In this document: in pieces, positions 1 through 8,215 of the stretch
How positions within the stretch are numbered: the stretch's first letter is position 1
Layout of the letters: every line of letters starts with the position of its first letter
Assembly (NCBI GenBank): GCA_002499405.1
Contig: DALH01000012.1
Span: 1-52,844 of the forward strand
Direction: 5' to 3'
Length of the DNA stretch: 52,844 nt
Source of the DNA: Candidatus Micrarchaeota archaeon UBA95
GTDB taxonomy: Archaea > Micrarchaeota > Micrarchaeia > Norongarragalinales > Norongarragalinaceae
Notes under the pieces: generated by a model
Database searches by the model: none
Told to the model about the DNA's origin: nothing
What the model saw: only the letters and a program-made list of their open reading frames with translations
Made by a program: the position numbers and the translations under genes

Positions 1-77
1 CGCCGGAGCCGTCGCCGTAGGTTTAGGCGATTGTTTTTATAACGCGATTGCGTCTGTTCTTCGAGGCGATTTACTGC

Positions 78-1196
78 ATGAAATGCATTGTTGCAATTTT
101 GCTCGTGTTTCTTGCGTTGTCAATTGCCGGCTGCATCCAGCAGCAGGCGCCGAGCCCGACCCCCGTACCGACAACAACGGCGTTTCCAACAGCAGAGCCG
201 ACTGTTTCCGCGCCAACCGCGACAATTATCCCTCCTTCGCCGACTCCCGAGGCATCGCCTGCGGTAAACATGCCGCGCGGACGCGCCGACGCCGACTTCG
301 AGGTTCCGGTTTACGATGAAAGCAAGGCGCAGTACGGTACTACGCTGTTCCCCGACAACCACGTCGCGGGCAAGCCGCGCATAGTGGAGGTAAACATGCT
401 TGGAGAAATCCTGTGGGAGTACGCGCTTCCGCCCGAGTTCGCGCCTTACACCAATCCCGGATTCGACGTCGAGCCGCTTTCCAACGGCAACGTCCTGTTC
501 GTGCTCGCGCGCAAGGGAGTTTACGAAATCAACCGCAACGGCGCGGTAGAGTGGAAATACGAAAACCCAAAGGTTTCCCACGACGCCGACCGCCTGCCCA
601 ACGGCAATACCCTAATCGACTTCGGGAACAACGACGCGAAAAGCGACGTTCAGGCTCGCGAAATTGACGCGAACGGAAACACCGTCTGGAGCTGGCAGGC
701 GTCGAGCGCGTTCGACAAGCCGCCTTATGCCGCGGTTTCCACCGAGGGCTGGACTCACGCAAATGCAGTCCTGCGCATGGACAACGGCGACACGCTCGTG
801 AGCCTGCGCAACTTCAACCTTACCGCTGAAATCGCGCCGGACGGAACGCTCGTGCGCACAATAACGAACACGGAGTTCGACCACCAGCACGACCCGGTAT
901 TACTTGAAAACGGCAACATCCTGCTCGCCAATCACGGCGCACATCAGGGAGCGCTGGAACTGACGCTGGAAGGCGAAATCGTGTGGCGCTTTGACGTGCT
1001 GGACAGGGAGGCGGGCCCGCTGCGCGACGCGAACAAGCTGCCGAACGGCAACGTGCTCATAATCGGCTCGGACAGGATAATCGAGGTTACCCCCGGCAAG
1101 GAAATCGTTTGGATGCTGCGGCTGAAAACTGAATTAGACAAGCAGAGCGCGCCCGCCCTCGGGTTCTACAAGGCGGAGCGGCTCGCAGCCGAATGA
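78..1196 (+). CDS. secreted/lipoprotein-like beta-propeller protein with arylsulfotransferase (ASST)-like blades
   Basis: ORF 48..1196 starts at TTG; the ATG at 78 gives MKCIVAILLVFLALSIAGC (signal peptide with lipobox-like Cys). A Pro/Thr/Ala-rich linker follows, then recurring LPNGN / DNGD / ENGN blade motifs. Confidence 0.6.
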   Translation: MKCIVAILLVFLALSIAGCIQQQAPSPTPVPTTTAFPTAEPTVSAPTATIIPPSPTPEASPAVNMPRGRADADFEVPVYDESKAQYGTTLFPDNHVAGKPRIVEVNMLGEILWEYALPPEFAPYTNPGFDVEPLSNGNVLFVLARKGVYEINRNGAVEWKYENPKVSHDADRLPNGNTLIDFGNNDAKSDVQAREIDANGNTVWSWQASSAFDKPPYAAVSTEGWTHANAVLRMDNGDTLVSLRNFNLTAEIAPDGTLVRTITNTEFDHQHDPVLLENGNILLANHGAHQGALELTLEGEIVWRFDVLDREAGPLRDANKLPNGNVLIIGSDRIIEVTPGKEIVWMLRLKTELDKQSAPALGFYKAERLAAE

Positions 1197-1324
1197 CTCC
1201 GAGAAACTCCAACAACGGCACGAAGCCCGACAAGTAAACGAATACGCAGAACTCCGTCCAAAGCATCTCCCATGAAACCATAACTGGTCATCTCCAGGAA
1301 AATAAGCGGTTTTAGACCGTAAAC

Positions 1325-1470
1325 GCTTTTTCTTTTCATTGAAATCCCAGCAAACGCTTCCGCGTTTGCGGCACGTGACACTACAAATCAAAGATTTGCT
1401 GTGCCCGTAAACCTTCGAGGTTTACTGGGACCTTCGCGATTCGCCGTGTTTCTTTTTCCAAAAAGAAAAG
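1325..1470. repeat. intergenic multi-hairpin repeat, copy A (second copy at 18170..18330)
   Basis: Hand alignment of 1346..1455 against 18199..18309 gives 4 substitutions plus one 1-nt indel over about 110 nt. It contains hairpins GCAAACGC-TTCC-GCGTTTGC, CAAATC-AAA-GATTTG and GTAAACC-TTCGA-GGTTTAC, plus a terminal TTTCTTT/AAAGAAA hairpin. Confidence 0.85.
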
Positions 1471-1544
1471 TTTGAGTCAGCCCGCCTAACGCGCGGGTTT
1501 TAAATACGCGCTCGGAATAACGCGTTTAGGGAGGCGGAAAGCAA

Positions 1545-1745
1545 ATGTGCTTCACTGAATGGGCGAACAAGAAAGCCAAGAAAATGGACGTTTGGGACAT
1601 CGGGTTCACGAAGCTCGCGGTGTTCTTCTTCACGCTGTTACTCGTGAAGTTCTGGCCGGCAATCGCGTCGCTGGACTGGTACTGGTACCTTGGTTTGGCG
1701 GTCATCGCGGCAATCCGGCCGATGAGCAGGTTCCTCTGCAAGTAA
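1545..1745 (+). CDS. small membrane protein (66 aa), hypothetical
   Basis: ATG is preceded by GGGAGGCGG (SD-like), with TTTAAATA about 40 nt upstream. Two hydrophobic segments (LAVFFFTLLLVKFWPAI, YWYLGLAVIAAI). Confidence 0.4.
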   Translation: MCFTEWANKKAKKMDVWDIGFTKLAVFFFTLLLVKFWPAIASLDWYWYLGLAVIAAIRPMSRFLCK

Positions 1746-1919
1746 AAAGGAATTTGAGTTCGTCCGCTAGGGCTGAACTAGTCTGCCTGAGCCGCGCATG
1801 ATTTTGTAGGGACACACAGAGCGCATTTCCTAGGAAAAATAAACATTAAAACATAAAGTCGTTGAGGGCTTGAGGTAAATTTAATGTAAGTTAGCGACAA
1901 AATGCACGGCCTATTCTTG

Positions 1920-2111
1920 CTATGATTTGTTGAGGACGACGCCCCTAAACAATCCGTAAAATATCAAACCGAACAGTCCCGCTGCTATGAGCAATTGTTC
2001 CGCAGGAACGTTTTTTCCGAAAACTATGGCTCCGCCAAAAAATAAAAAGAACAAAATGGCTGATATCGCTAAGTAACCGATGAAATCGCCGATAAGTTCT
2101 CCCGCGCCCAT
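1920..2111 (-). CDS. small membrane protein (63 aa), hypothetical, inside the low-GC island
   Basis: Two clear TM helices (IGYLAISAILFFLFFGGAIVF and LLIAAGLFGLIFYGLF). An A/T-rich TATA-like motif lies 14-24 nt upstream of the ATG. Confidence 0.45.
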   Translation of the reverse strand: MGAGELIGDFIGYLAISAILFFLFFGGAIVFGKNVPAEQLLIAAGLFGLIFYGLFRGVVLNKS

Positions 2112-2123
2112 CAGACCACCTAA

Positions 2124-2138
2124 TTTACTTTAAATTAC
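2124..2138 (-). promoter_or_regulatory. TATA-box-like promoter motif (shared 11-mer TTACTTTAAAT on + strand)
   Basis: The same 11-mer occurs at 6453..6463 upstream of the RM gene. Both lie 14-27 nt upstream of an ATG, which fits archaeal leaderless transcripts. Confidence 0.35.
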
Positions 2139-2159
2139 ATTAAATTATGCAACTTAAAG

Positions 2160-3533
2160 TTATTTAAAGTTTTCCCGTTCGTAGTAGGCGCCCCTGAACT
2201 TGCCTACCTTGCGCAGTTTGCCTTGTTTTACCAGTTCGTTTAAGTCCGCAATGGCGGTTGGAGACGACACGCCGGTTAGCTTGATCAAGTCTTTGGTTTT
2301 TATCTTGCCGTGAGCTTTAGCGAATACCAGGGCTTGTTGCTGGCGAGGGTTCTCTGACTCGACGGGATGCCGTGGTTTGCCGCTTAAAGGGCCGTATAAG
2401 ACTAGTTGGAACGCATCGCCAAGGTTGTTGAAGTCGGGGTCAGGCAGGTGAGCTTGACGGCATAGCTTAACGATTTTAGGTACGCCCGTGCCCAAGCCTT
2501 CACCTAGCCCGAGGTCTTGCAACAACCGGTAGCACAACGGATTCCGGTGCTTTGGATTTTTGAAGAAATTCTGTTGCGTTTGCCCAGGCAGCAATCCACC
2601 CGGATTGGTGATTACTAGCCGGTCTTCATAAATTTCGGCGCGTATGGGCATCGGGTCGTAGTAATCCCTATGGCCTATGGCGTTGGTGATTGCTTCGCGC
2701 AAAGCCGCTTCTGGGTAATCCGGCACCTCTTCGCGCGTGGTTCCAGCGATTTTCTGCGTCTTTCCAATCTTATCGAGGATTAGCGCATACGTCAAGTCGA
2801 TGAGTTCCGGAATGGTGCTGTTTAACCTTTGGTCGAACGTGATTCTATCCACTTCCTTTTCCTTGCCGCGGTAAACCACTACGCGCGCTTCAAGGTTGTT
2901 GAAATGCTTTGCTTGCTCTTTCGCGAAAAACATTAACGCCACGTTCTTCAAGTAGAAAGAACCGTTGAAGCTCGCAATCTTCAAGCCAGTCAGCCTCGTC
3001 TTCAACTCTTCCGCGTTTCGGGAATTGAAGTCTATCCCGCGTTTCTTGAAATAAGCGGCAAGTTTGCTGAAGTCAAGGTCGTCCAACAGGGCTTGAGTTT
3101 TTTGTTCCTCGAAATTGAGAATGCCTCGCGTCCTGAGGTACGCAACGAGTTCTTCGCCGTAAAGCTCGACGTTCGTAGTGCCTTGCCTGATGAAACAACG
3201 CTTTTTACAATGGCAGAGCGATTGTGAGTGCGCTATCTCTCCCACCTTAAGCACTATAAACGTCTTTCCTTCGTTTTTGATAAACTCTTGTTCTACGCCG
3301 CAGTTGGTGCAATCTTCAAGCGCCTGCCTCACTCGCCTGGATTCTTCGTCCGCGTTCTTCACGCCGACGAGTTCGCCTTTCGACCCTACTCCAATCACAA
3401 TAAGCCCGCCGAAGCTGTTGGCGAACGCGGAAATGCTCTCGCCCAATTTCTTCTGCACGCTGGCTTTAAGCTCAACCGTCGGGCTTTCCCCGCCGGAAGC
3501 AATGCGCTGCAACTCAGCGTAAGAAAACGTCAT
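2160..3533 (-). CDS. AlbA_2 (Schlafen-like) domain / HATPase_c_4 / C-terminal winged-HTH protein (often annotated as RecG-like putative transcriptional regulator)
   Basis: N-terminus ESPTVELK...ISAFANSFGGLIVIGV matches the AlbA_2 signature. The central AITNAIGHRDY motif is typical of the HATPase_c_4 family. The C-terminus DLIKLTGVSSPTAIADLNELVKQGKL reads as a wHTH. Its ATG overlaps the stop of the upstream RM gene (ATGA at 3530..3533). Confidence 0.75.
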   Translation of the reverse strand: MTFSYAELQRIASGGESPTVELKASVQKKLGESISAFANSFGGLIVIGVGSKGELVGVKNADEESRRVRQALEDCTNCGVEQEFIKNEGKTFIVLKVGEIAHSQSLCHCKKRCFIRQGTTNVELYGEELVAYLRTRGILNFEEQKTQALLDDLDFSKLAAYFKKRGIDFNSRNAEELKTRLTGLKIASFNGSFYLKNVALMFFAKEQAKHFNNLEARVVVYRGKEKEVDRITFDQRLNSTIPELIDLTYALILDKIGKTQKIAGTTREEVPDYPEAALREAITNAIGHRDYYDPMPIRAEIYEDRLVITNPGGLLPGQTQQNFFKNPKHRNPLCYRLLQDLGLGEGLGTGVPKIVKLCRQAHLPDPDFNNLGDAFQLVLYGPLSGKPRHPVESENPRQQQALVFAKAHGKIKTKDLIKLTGVSSPTAIADLNELVKQGKLRKVGKFRGAYYERENFK

Positions 3534-6436
3534 TTGACCGCCTCCTCAACAATCCGCCTTTCTTCCGCAGTCAAACCGTACAAGTCGTAAACAAGAGCAT
3601 CGAGATTTTGATCCAGTTCAAAAAACTCTTTTTCTAATCCTGGACGGGCGTCTGTCGGTTTATCCTCCAGCGCCCCGAGTTGCGCGCTTACTTTCGCCAT
3701 TTTTCTTGCTAGCTCAACCAACTTAGTCTTGTTGGCACTGCTCGCATCAACGATTGGGAGTTGCTCTAAATACTGCTTGTTACAAGAGTAGAACCCTCCT
3801 CTAAATGGCGTGCTTATTTTTGTTAGATAAAAGGTAAGCAATTTACTATTGAGAATAGCGGTAACGAACTCGTAGTCATCTTTAGATAGCATAACGCCAC
3901 TAACATCCACATTATCCAAACAAAAATTGCCATCATCATAAACGGCGTTTATTCGATGGGCTAGTCTTGGGATGCAAATCTTCGGAAAACTCTGTTTTGT
4001 TAAATTCTTTGGATAAACGTACGCATACCAGTTCAGTCCTTTCATCTTTCCGTTTTCACGATTTTCTAAAGCCTTCTTATTTTCACGTAGGTATCTTGCT
4101 AGGTTGGGGCATTTTTTTTCTACTTCATCGAATGGTGCAAGATTCGCTTTACTATCCTGAACCCAGTACGGAAAGATTACAAACTGCCGTGTTTTTAGTG
4201 GCTTGTACCGTTTAACGTCTGTACCACTTAGGAGTGGCCGAAGTAAGTCCAGCTCAAGTTTTTCGGACCTGTTTAATGATTTACTAAAAAGTGCGTCGTG
4301 GTTTGAACCGGAGAGTATCATTACTTTATCAGCACTTGTTTGAACGCCAACAAAAATTGATTTTGAAATATCGCCTAGTTTCGGGAATCGCTTGAGCTTT
4401 TCGACGATGGATAGTTGATCGCCTGCTACTAAAATCCAGGGTTCAGCGTCTTTTGGTTGGTTCAACGAGGATTTTCGTAAGTCGGATTCGATTAACGTCT
4501 TTCCGTTGTTTGTATTTGCTTTATTGAATTCGGCGTATTCAAACGATCTGTTTTCTTCATTCTTTAGAAAAAGCAGACAGGTGTATGTGGTGGCTCCAGA
4601 AAAGACTTGGAATTCTTTGAAATCTACTAGTTTATTGAGGGCTTTCTTAGAGCTTATCACTTTGCGCAAACCTTCACCGTATTCTGCGGTGAAAAATTTA
4701 GATGGTAATATGTATCCGAGTACTCCCCCCGGCTTCAATAGTTTAAGCGCCTGTTCAACAAACAAACAATAGATATCGTAATTTCTTGTTGTGGACGAAT
4801 AGTTTAAACTAAAATATTTGACGTCCTTCTCAGCCATAGTTTGTATGCGTACATACGGCGGATTCCCGACAACTACGTCAAATCCGCCATCTTTCATTAT
4901 CCCCTCAAATTCTTTGCTCCAGTTGAAAGCACGGTCTCCAGCAACTGTTGGGTCATCTATTAGCGAGTTGCCGCACTTGATGTTTTCGCGCAAATCCGGA
5001 AGACGGTGCTTGGTTTCAGCGGCTTTCAAGAGAAGGTTGAGTTGCGCGATTTCAACGGCTTTGGGGTCGAGGTCAACGCCGTAAAGGTTGTTCTTTAAAA
5101 TCTTGGTCTTGCGCGTTATTTTAGCCGCTTCACTCTCCGGGTCTAGCTTGGCTTGCGCGTAATTCTTGTCCTTCTTCTTGTAGTAATCGTCCAAAACGTC
5201 GAACGCTTTCAGCAAGAACGAGCCGGAACCGCACGCCATGTCGAGGACTTTAATTTTATCGACCTCGTCCGGCTTCTTGTTTTTCAGCATTTCGCCAAGC
5301 GTATTGCGCACGATGTAATCGACGATGTACGTCGGCGTGTAGTAAATGCCTTGCTCCTTGCGGTGCGCTTCCTTGCTCTCAACCTTCGCGCGTTTATCTG
5401 TTTTCTTGAGAATGTGGCTCAAATACTGCTCGTAAATGTTGCCCAGCACGTCGGCGTCGATGGCTGAAAAATCGTAATGCGTCAAGCCGTCCTTGCTGTC
5501 GTAAAGACCCTTGATTACTTGAGCTAATACTTCGTTGTCTATGTCGATGGTTTCGCACAAGTGCCTTTGCGCCAAGTCGCCGGCATTGAACGTAAACAGT
5601 TTGCTGTTGTACGTCTTGTCGAAATGCAGGTAAATCTCGTTAAGCGCGGAAGTCAGCTTGCCGCTCTTTTTCTCTTCGAATTCACGAACTTTAGGCAAAA
5701 GCGTGGGCGGTTCTATGTTCCGGTCTTCCGCAGTCCTGATGAAAATCAAACGATCGATAATCCGTTGGACTGCCTCGTCGACTTCCTCTTCGGACAAGTT
5801 CTTTCCGGCGTTGTTCTTCACGATGTTTTTTGAAAGCAGGGCGCGATGCTGCATTAGTTCGGAAAGCAGTTGGTCGCCGACTTTCGTTTTACGCAGTTTC
5901 TTGCCCCAATTTAAGGCTGCCGTGTCGAGCAGACTTTCCTGAAACGCAAGTTTTGACAGTAACCATAGTTCGCTGAAGTGCTCTGCGAACTGGTCGAAAG
6001 TAAGCGTTTTGAAGCGAGCGTTTGAGAGGTTGTTGTCCTTGACTTCGGCGTTGTAGATTACGAGCGTTTGAAAGTCGGTTAAAACCGCCCAGCTAGTGCC
6101 CTTGTGCCACGCGTAGTTAATGGCTTGACTGGCGTCTTTCGCCTCGTCCAAGCCCTTATTCAACGCTTTTGCTTCCAAAAAGAACTTGGGAATCCCGTTA
6201 ATCCTGAATGAGTAATCGACGCGTCCTTTGGAAACCTTTTCTTCGTTAATCACTTCGTCAAGGCTGTAATCGTTCTCCATGTCCCAGCCTAAAGCGCGGA
6301 AGAGCGGCGTAATAAACGTCTTCTTGGTTTCCTCTTCGCCAAGCCGTTTTGTTTGCCCGGCTTCCTGAAACTGCTTGAACTTTAAAATCAGCCTCTCAAC
6401 GTCTTTCTTGGCTTGGTCATGTTGGGTGTCAGGCAT
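3530..6436 (-). CDS. Type IIG restriction-modification enzyme: N-terminal PD-(D/E)xK nuclease fused to a gamma-class N6-adenine DNA methyltransferase and a TaqI-like specificity domain
   Basis: N-terminus GRVDYSF...FFLEAKAL is an HSDR_N-like D...ExK nuclease motif. Motif I is VLDMACGSGSFLL and motif IV is VVGNPPYVRIQ. The 968-aa single chain has an MmeI/Eco57I-like architecture. Confidence 0.85.
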   Translation of the reverse strand: MPDTQHDQAKKDVERLILKFKQFQEAGQTKRLGEEETKKTFITPLFRALGWDMENDYSLDEVINEEKVSKGRVDYSFRINGIPKFFLEAKALNKGLDEAKDASQAINYAWHKGTSWAVLTDFQTLVIYNAEVKDNNLSNARFKTLTFDQFAEHFSELWLLSKLAFQESLLDTAALNWGKKLRKTKVGDQLLSELMQHRALLSKNIVKNNAGKNLSEEEVDEAVQRIIDRLIFIRTAEDRNIEPPTLLPKVREFEEKKSGKLTSALNEIYLHFDKTYNSKLFTFNAGDLAQRHLCETIDIDNEVLAQVIKGLYDSKDGLTHYDFSAIDADVLGNIYEQYLSHILKKTDKRAKVESKEAHRKEQGIYYTPTYIVDYIVRNTLGEMLKNKKPDEVDKIKVLDMACGSGSFLLKAFDVLDDYYKKKDKNYAQAKLDPESEAAKITRKTKILKNNLYGVDLDPKAVEIAQLNLLLKAAETKHRLPDLRENIKCGNSLIDDPTVAGDRAFNWSKEFEGIMKDGGFDVVVGNPPYVRIQTMAEKDVKYFSLNYSSTTRNYDIYCLFVEQALKLLKPGGVLGYILPSKFFTAEYGEGLRKVISSKKALNKLVDFKEFQVFSGATTYTCLLFLKNEENRSFEYAEFNKANTNNGKTLIESDLRKSSLNQPKDAEPWILVAGDQLSIVEKLKRFPKLGDISKSIFVGVQTSADKVMILSGSNHDALFSKSLNRSEKLELDLLRPLLSGTDVKRYKPLKTRQFVIFPYWVQDSKANLAPFDEVEKKCPNLARYLRENKKALENRENGKMKGLNWYAYVYPKNLTKQSFPKICIPRLAHRINAVYDDGNFCLDNVDVSGVMLSKDDYEFVTAILNSKLLTFYLTKISTPFRGGFYSCNKQYLEQLPIVDASSANKTKLVELARKMAKVSAQLGALEDKPTDARPGLEKEFFELDQNLDALVYDLYGLTAEERRIVEEAVK

Positions 6437-6451
6437 ATAATCGCACGAGGA

Positions 6452-6466
6452 ATTACTTTAAATAAC
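6452..6466 (-). promoter_or_regulatory. TATA-box-like promoter motif upstream of the RM gene
   Basis: ATTACTTTAAATAAC lies 17-31 nt upstream of the ATG at 6436 and shares an 11-mer with 2125..2135. Confidence 0.35.
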
Positions 6467-6828
6467 CTTAAATATCTTTTCTTTAAAGTTTAAGTGATTT
6501 GGCTTAAAGTAAGAGAAGACGTACATCTGTTTTCCGTGCGTCGGTCTATCACCACTAGCATGAAAATGTATGACGAAAACTAGCTCCAGAACCGCGTTTT
6601 TTCCTATGTTTTTCCTAGGAAATAACGTAGGTTAGGCAATCAACGGTGTTTTTCGTTCGAAATCTCGTCAATTGCCTAGCCGTTTCTGTTGGTCTATGAT
6701 GTTAATTCGCGTCAGTCCGTCCGTCAGTCATCACGAAGTCAGTTGTAACGGGGTCATCATCCGAATCATTCAGGGGAAACGCGTTTTAAATCGTTCTGCG
6801 TAAATGGTTTTCGGTGGGGTGAAGACGG

Positions 6829-7230
6829 ATGCGGGGCATACTGGACTGGTTGAAGGAAGAGGAGAACACGTTTTTCGCGTTGCATGTCGCGGGCTTGTTC
6901 GTTTTGGCGTTCGCCGCGGAGTCGCTTGCACCGGCGTGGACCAAAGTGGTTTACCCGGCCTTGTTGCTGCTGGCGGCGGCGAGCTTCATGTGGAACTACC
7001 CCGTGAAAGCCATTAAGAACCACGGCTTGTTCTCGGAGTACGCCATTGAATCGCGCCTGCTGTGGCTGGTGTTGCTCGGCGCGCTCACCGAGTATTTGGC
7101 ATACGACTTGTGCGAGTGCAAAAACGAGTGGCTGTACGCCGGGGTTGCCATAGTGGCGGGCTTGTTAATAGCGTTTTACAGCAGGAGCCGCCTCCACGAA
7201 AGGATTATTGGGGCGCGGGGATTCAAGTGA
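6829..7230 (+). CDS. integral membrane protein, hypothetical (133 aa)
   Basis: Four hydrophobic helices. Its stop overlaps the GTG start of the next gene (GTGA at 7227..7230). Confidence 0.55.
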   Translation: MRGILDWLKEEENTFFALHVAGLFVLAFAAESLAPAWTKVVYPALLLLAAASFMWNYPVKAIKNHGLFSEYAIESRLLWLVLLGALTEYLAYDLCECKNEWLYAGVAIVAGLLIAFYSRSRLHERIIGARGFK

Positions 7231-7703
7231 ACGTTCGGGACGCTATCCTGAACAGGCGGAGCGTGCGGAAGTGGGTGAAGCGGCCGCTCACCAACAAAGA
7301 GTTGGAGGCGTTGAAGGAGGCGGTGCGCTGGGCGCCGAGCGCGCACAACGAGGAGAGCCGCTTTTTTTACTTTGTCACCAGCGAAAAAAAGATTGCGGAG
7401 TTGTGTGCGGCAACCGGCCGCCAGTTCAAGCCCGACATGGGCTTGGTCATCGTGGCGTGCTCGTCTAACGCGGATTACGGCGTGATGGACGTCTCCGCTT
7501 CAGTGGAGAACGCGTTGCTTCAAGCCGTGGAACTCGGGTTGGGCGCGGTCTGGGTGGGCGCGTTCAACGCAAAGAAGGTGCGCGCCGCGCTCGGCATTCC
7601 AAGCAATTTGACGCCCGAGGCGCTGGTTCCGGTTGGCGAGCCAGCTGAGAAACCCGAACCAACAAAGAGGAAGCCGGAAAAGGAAACAGTGAAAATCGTA
7701 TGA
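7227..7703 (+). CDS. nitroreductase-family oxidoreductase
   Basis: VRDAILNRRSVRKW...APSAHNEESRFFYF...AVWVGAF is typical of the nitroreductase fold. I chose the GTG at 7227 because the longer ORF from 7062 overlaps the upstream gene and adds an Arg-rich, non-protein-like extension. Confidence 0.75.
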   Translation: MNVRDAILNRRSVRKWVKRPLTNKELEALKEAVRWAPSAHNEESRFFYFVTSEKKIAELCAATGRQFKPDMGLVIVACSSNADYGVMDVSASVENALLQAVELGLGAVWVGAFNAKKVRAALGIPSNLTPEALVPVGEPAEKPEPTKRKPEKETVKIV

Positions 7704-8215
7704 ACATTTTACTGGACAGGGAGTCGTTCAAGGCGCTTGCGAACGGGACGCGAGTGGAGTTGTTGAAGAAGCTTGGGGGGAGGCGCGCAACTGCCAGCGA
7801 ATTATCCAAATCCCTGGGCATAAGCGTTCAAGCCGCGGGCAAGCACCTCAAGAAGATGCGTTGTGCGGGCCTCGTGAACGAGGAAAGGAGGAGCAAATGG
7901 GTTTATTATTCGTTGACCGATAAGGGCGCGGCGTTGTTGAACCCGCAGCCCCAGAAAAACTTGTGGATACTCCTTGGAATCTCGTTGCTTGCATTCGCTT
8001 ACGCGAGCCAATTATTCCTCGGTTCAACTCCCTCCCCGCAAGTAGCGGAAAAGGTTTTGGGTGAGGAGGCAAGCAACTACGCGTTGGACGCCGTTGCAGC
8101 AACGCCAATTGAGCCAACAATGGATTACGCGTCCGTGGCCGCGCTGGTAATTGGAAGCATTTGTTTGGGCGCGTTTCTTTACGCGTTGTTGAGGGAAAAA
8201 AGATGCGTTTGCTGA
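7700..8215 (+). CDS. ArsR-family wHTH regulator with C-terminal transmembrane segments
   Basis: FKALANGTRVELLKKL...ASELSKSLGISVQAAGKHLKKMRCAGLV...WVYYSLT is an HTH_20/ArsR signature. Two C-terminal hydrophobic helices follow. ATGA overlap with the nitroreductase gene. Confidence 0.72.
   Translation: MNILLDRESFKALANGTRVELLKKLGGRRATASELSKSLGISVQAAGKHLKKMRCAGLVNEERRSKWVYYSLTDKGAALLNPQPQKNLWILLGISLLAFAYASQLFLGSTPSPQVAEKVLGEEASNYALDAVAATPIEPTMDYASVAALVIGSICLGAFLYALLREKRCVC

Noticed and set aside
1471-1500. A possible degraded tRNA 3' fragment or att site after repeat copy A (GTCAGCCCGCCTAACGCGCGGG compared with the tRNA-Ala 3' half). This would make 1.3-18.4 kb one integrated element.
   Set aside because: The similarity to the tRNA-Ala 3' half is weak and patchy. 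The interval contains core housekeeping genes (glmM, glmU, PGI, dCMP deaminase) at normal GC, so a 17-kb integrative element is implausible.
6631-6680. Inverted repeat TAGGCAAT (6632..6639) with ATTGCCTA (6671..6678) in the island's right non-coding flank.
   Set aside because: It has only 8 bp with a 31-nt spacer in A/T-rich DNA, which is compatible with chance, and there is no second copy or associated gene end.
7062-7226. N-terminal extensions of track ORFs: 7062 for nitroreductase, 8161 for GT4, 9027 for dCMP deaminase, 13005 for glmU, 20652 for the 297-aa ORF, 26206 for ferredoxin and 48 for the first gene.
   Set aside because: The extensions overlap the preceding gene in another frame and are Arg-rich and non-protein-like. 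Internal ATG/GTG codons give canonical N-termini and the 4-nt start-stop overlaps seen throughout the window.
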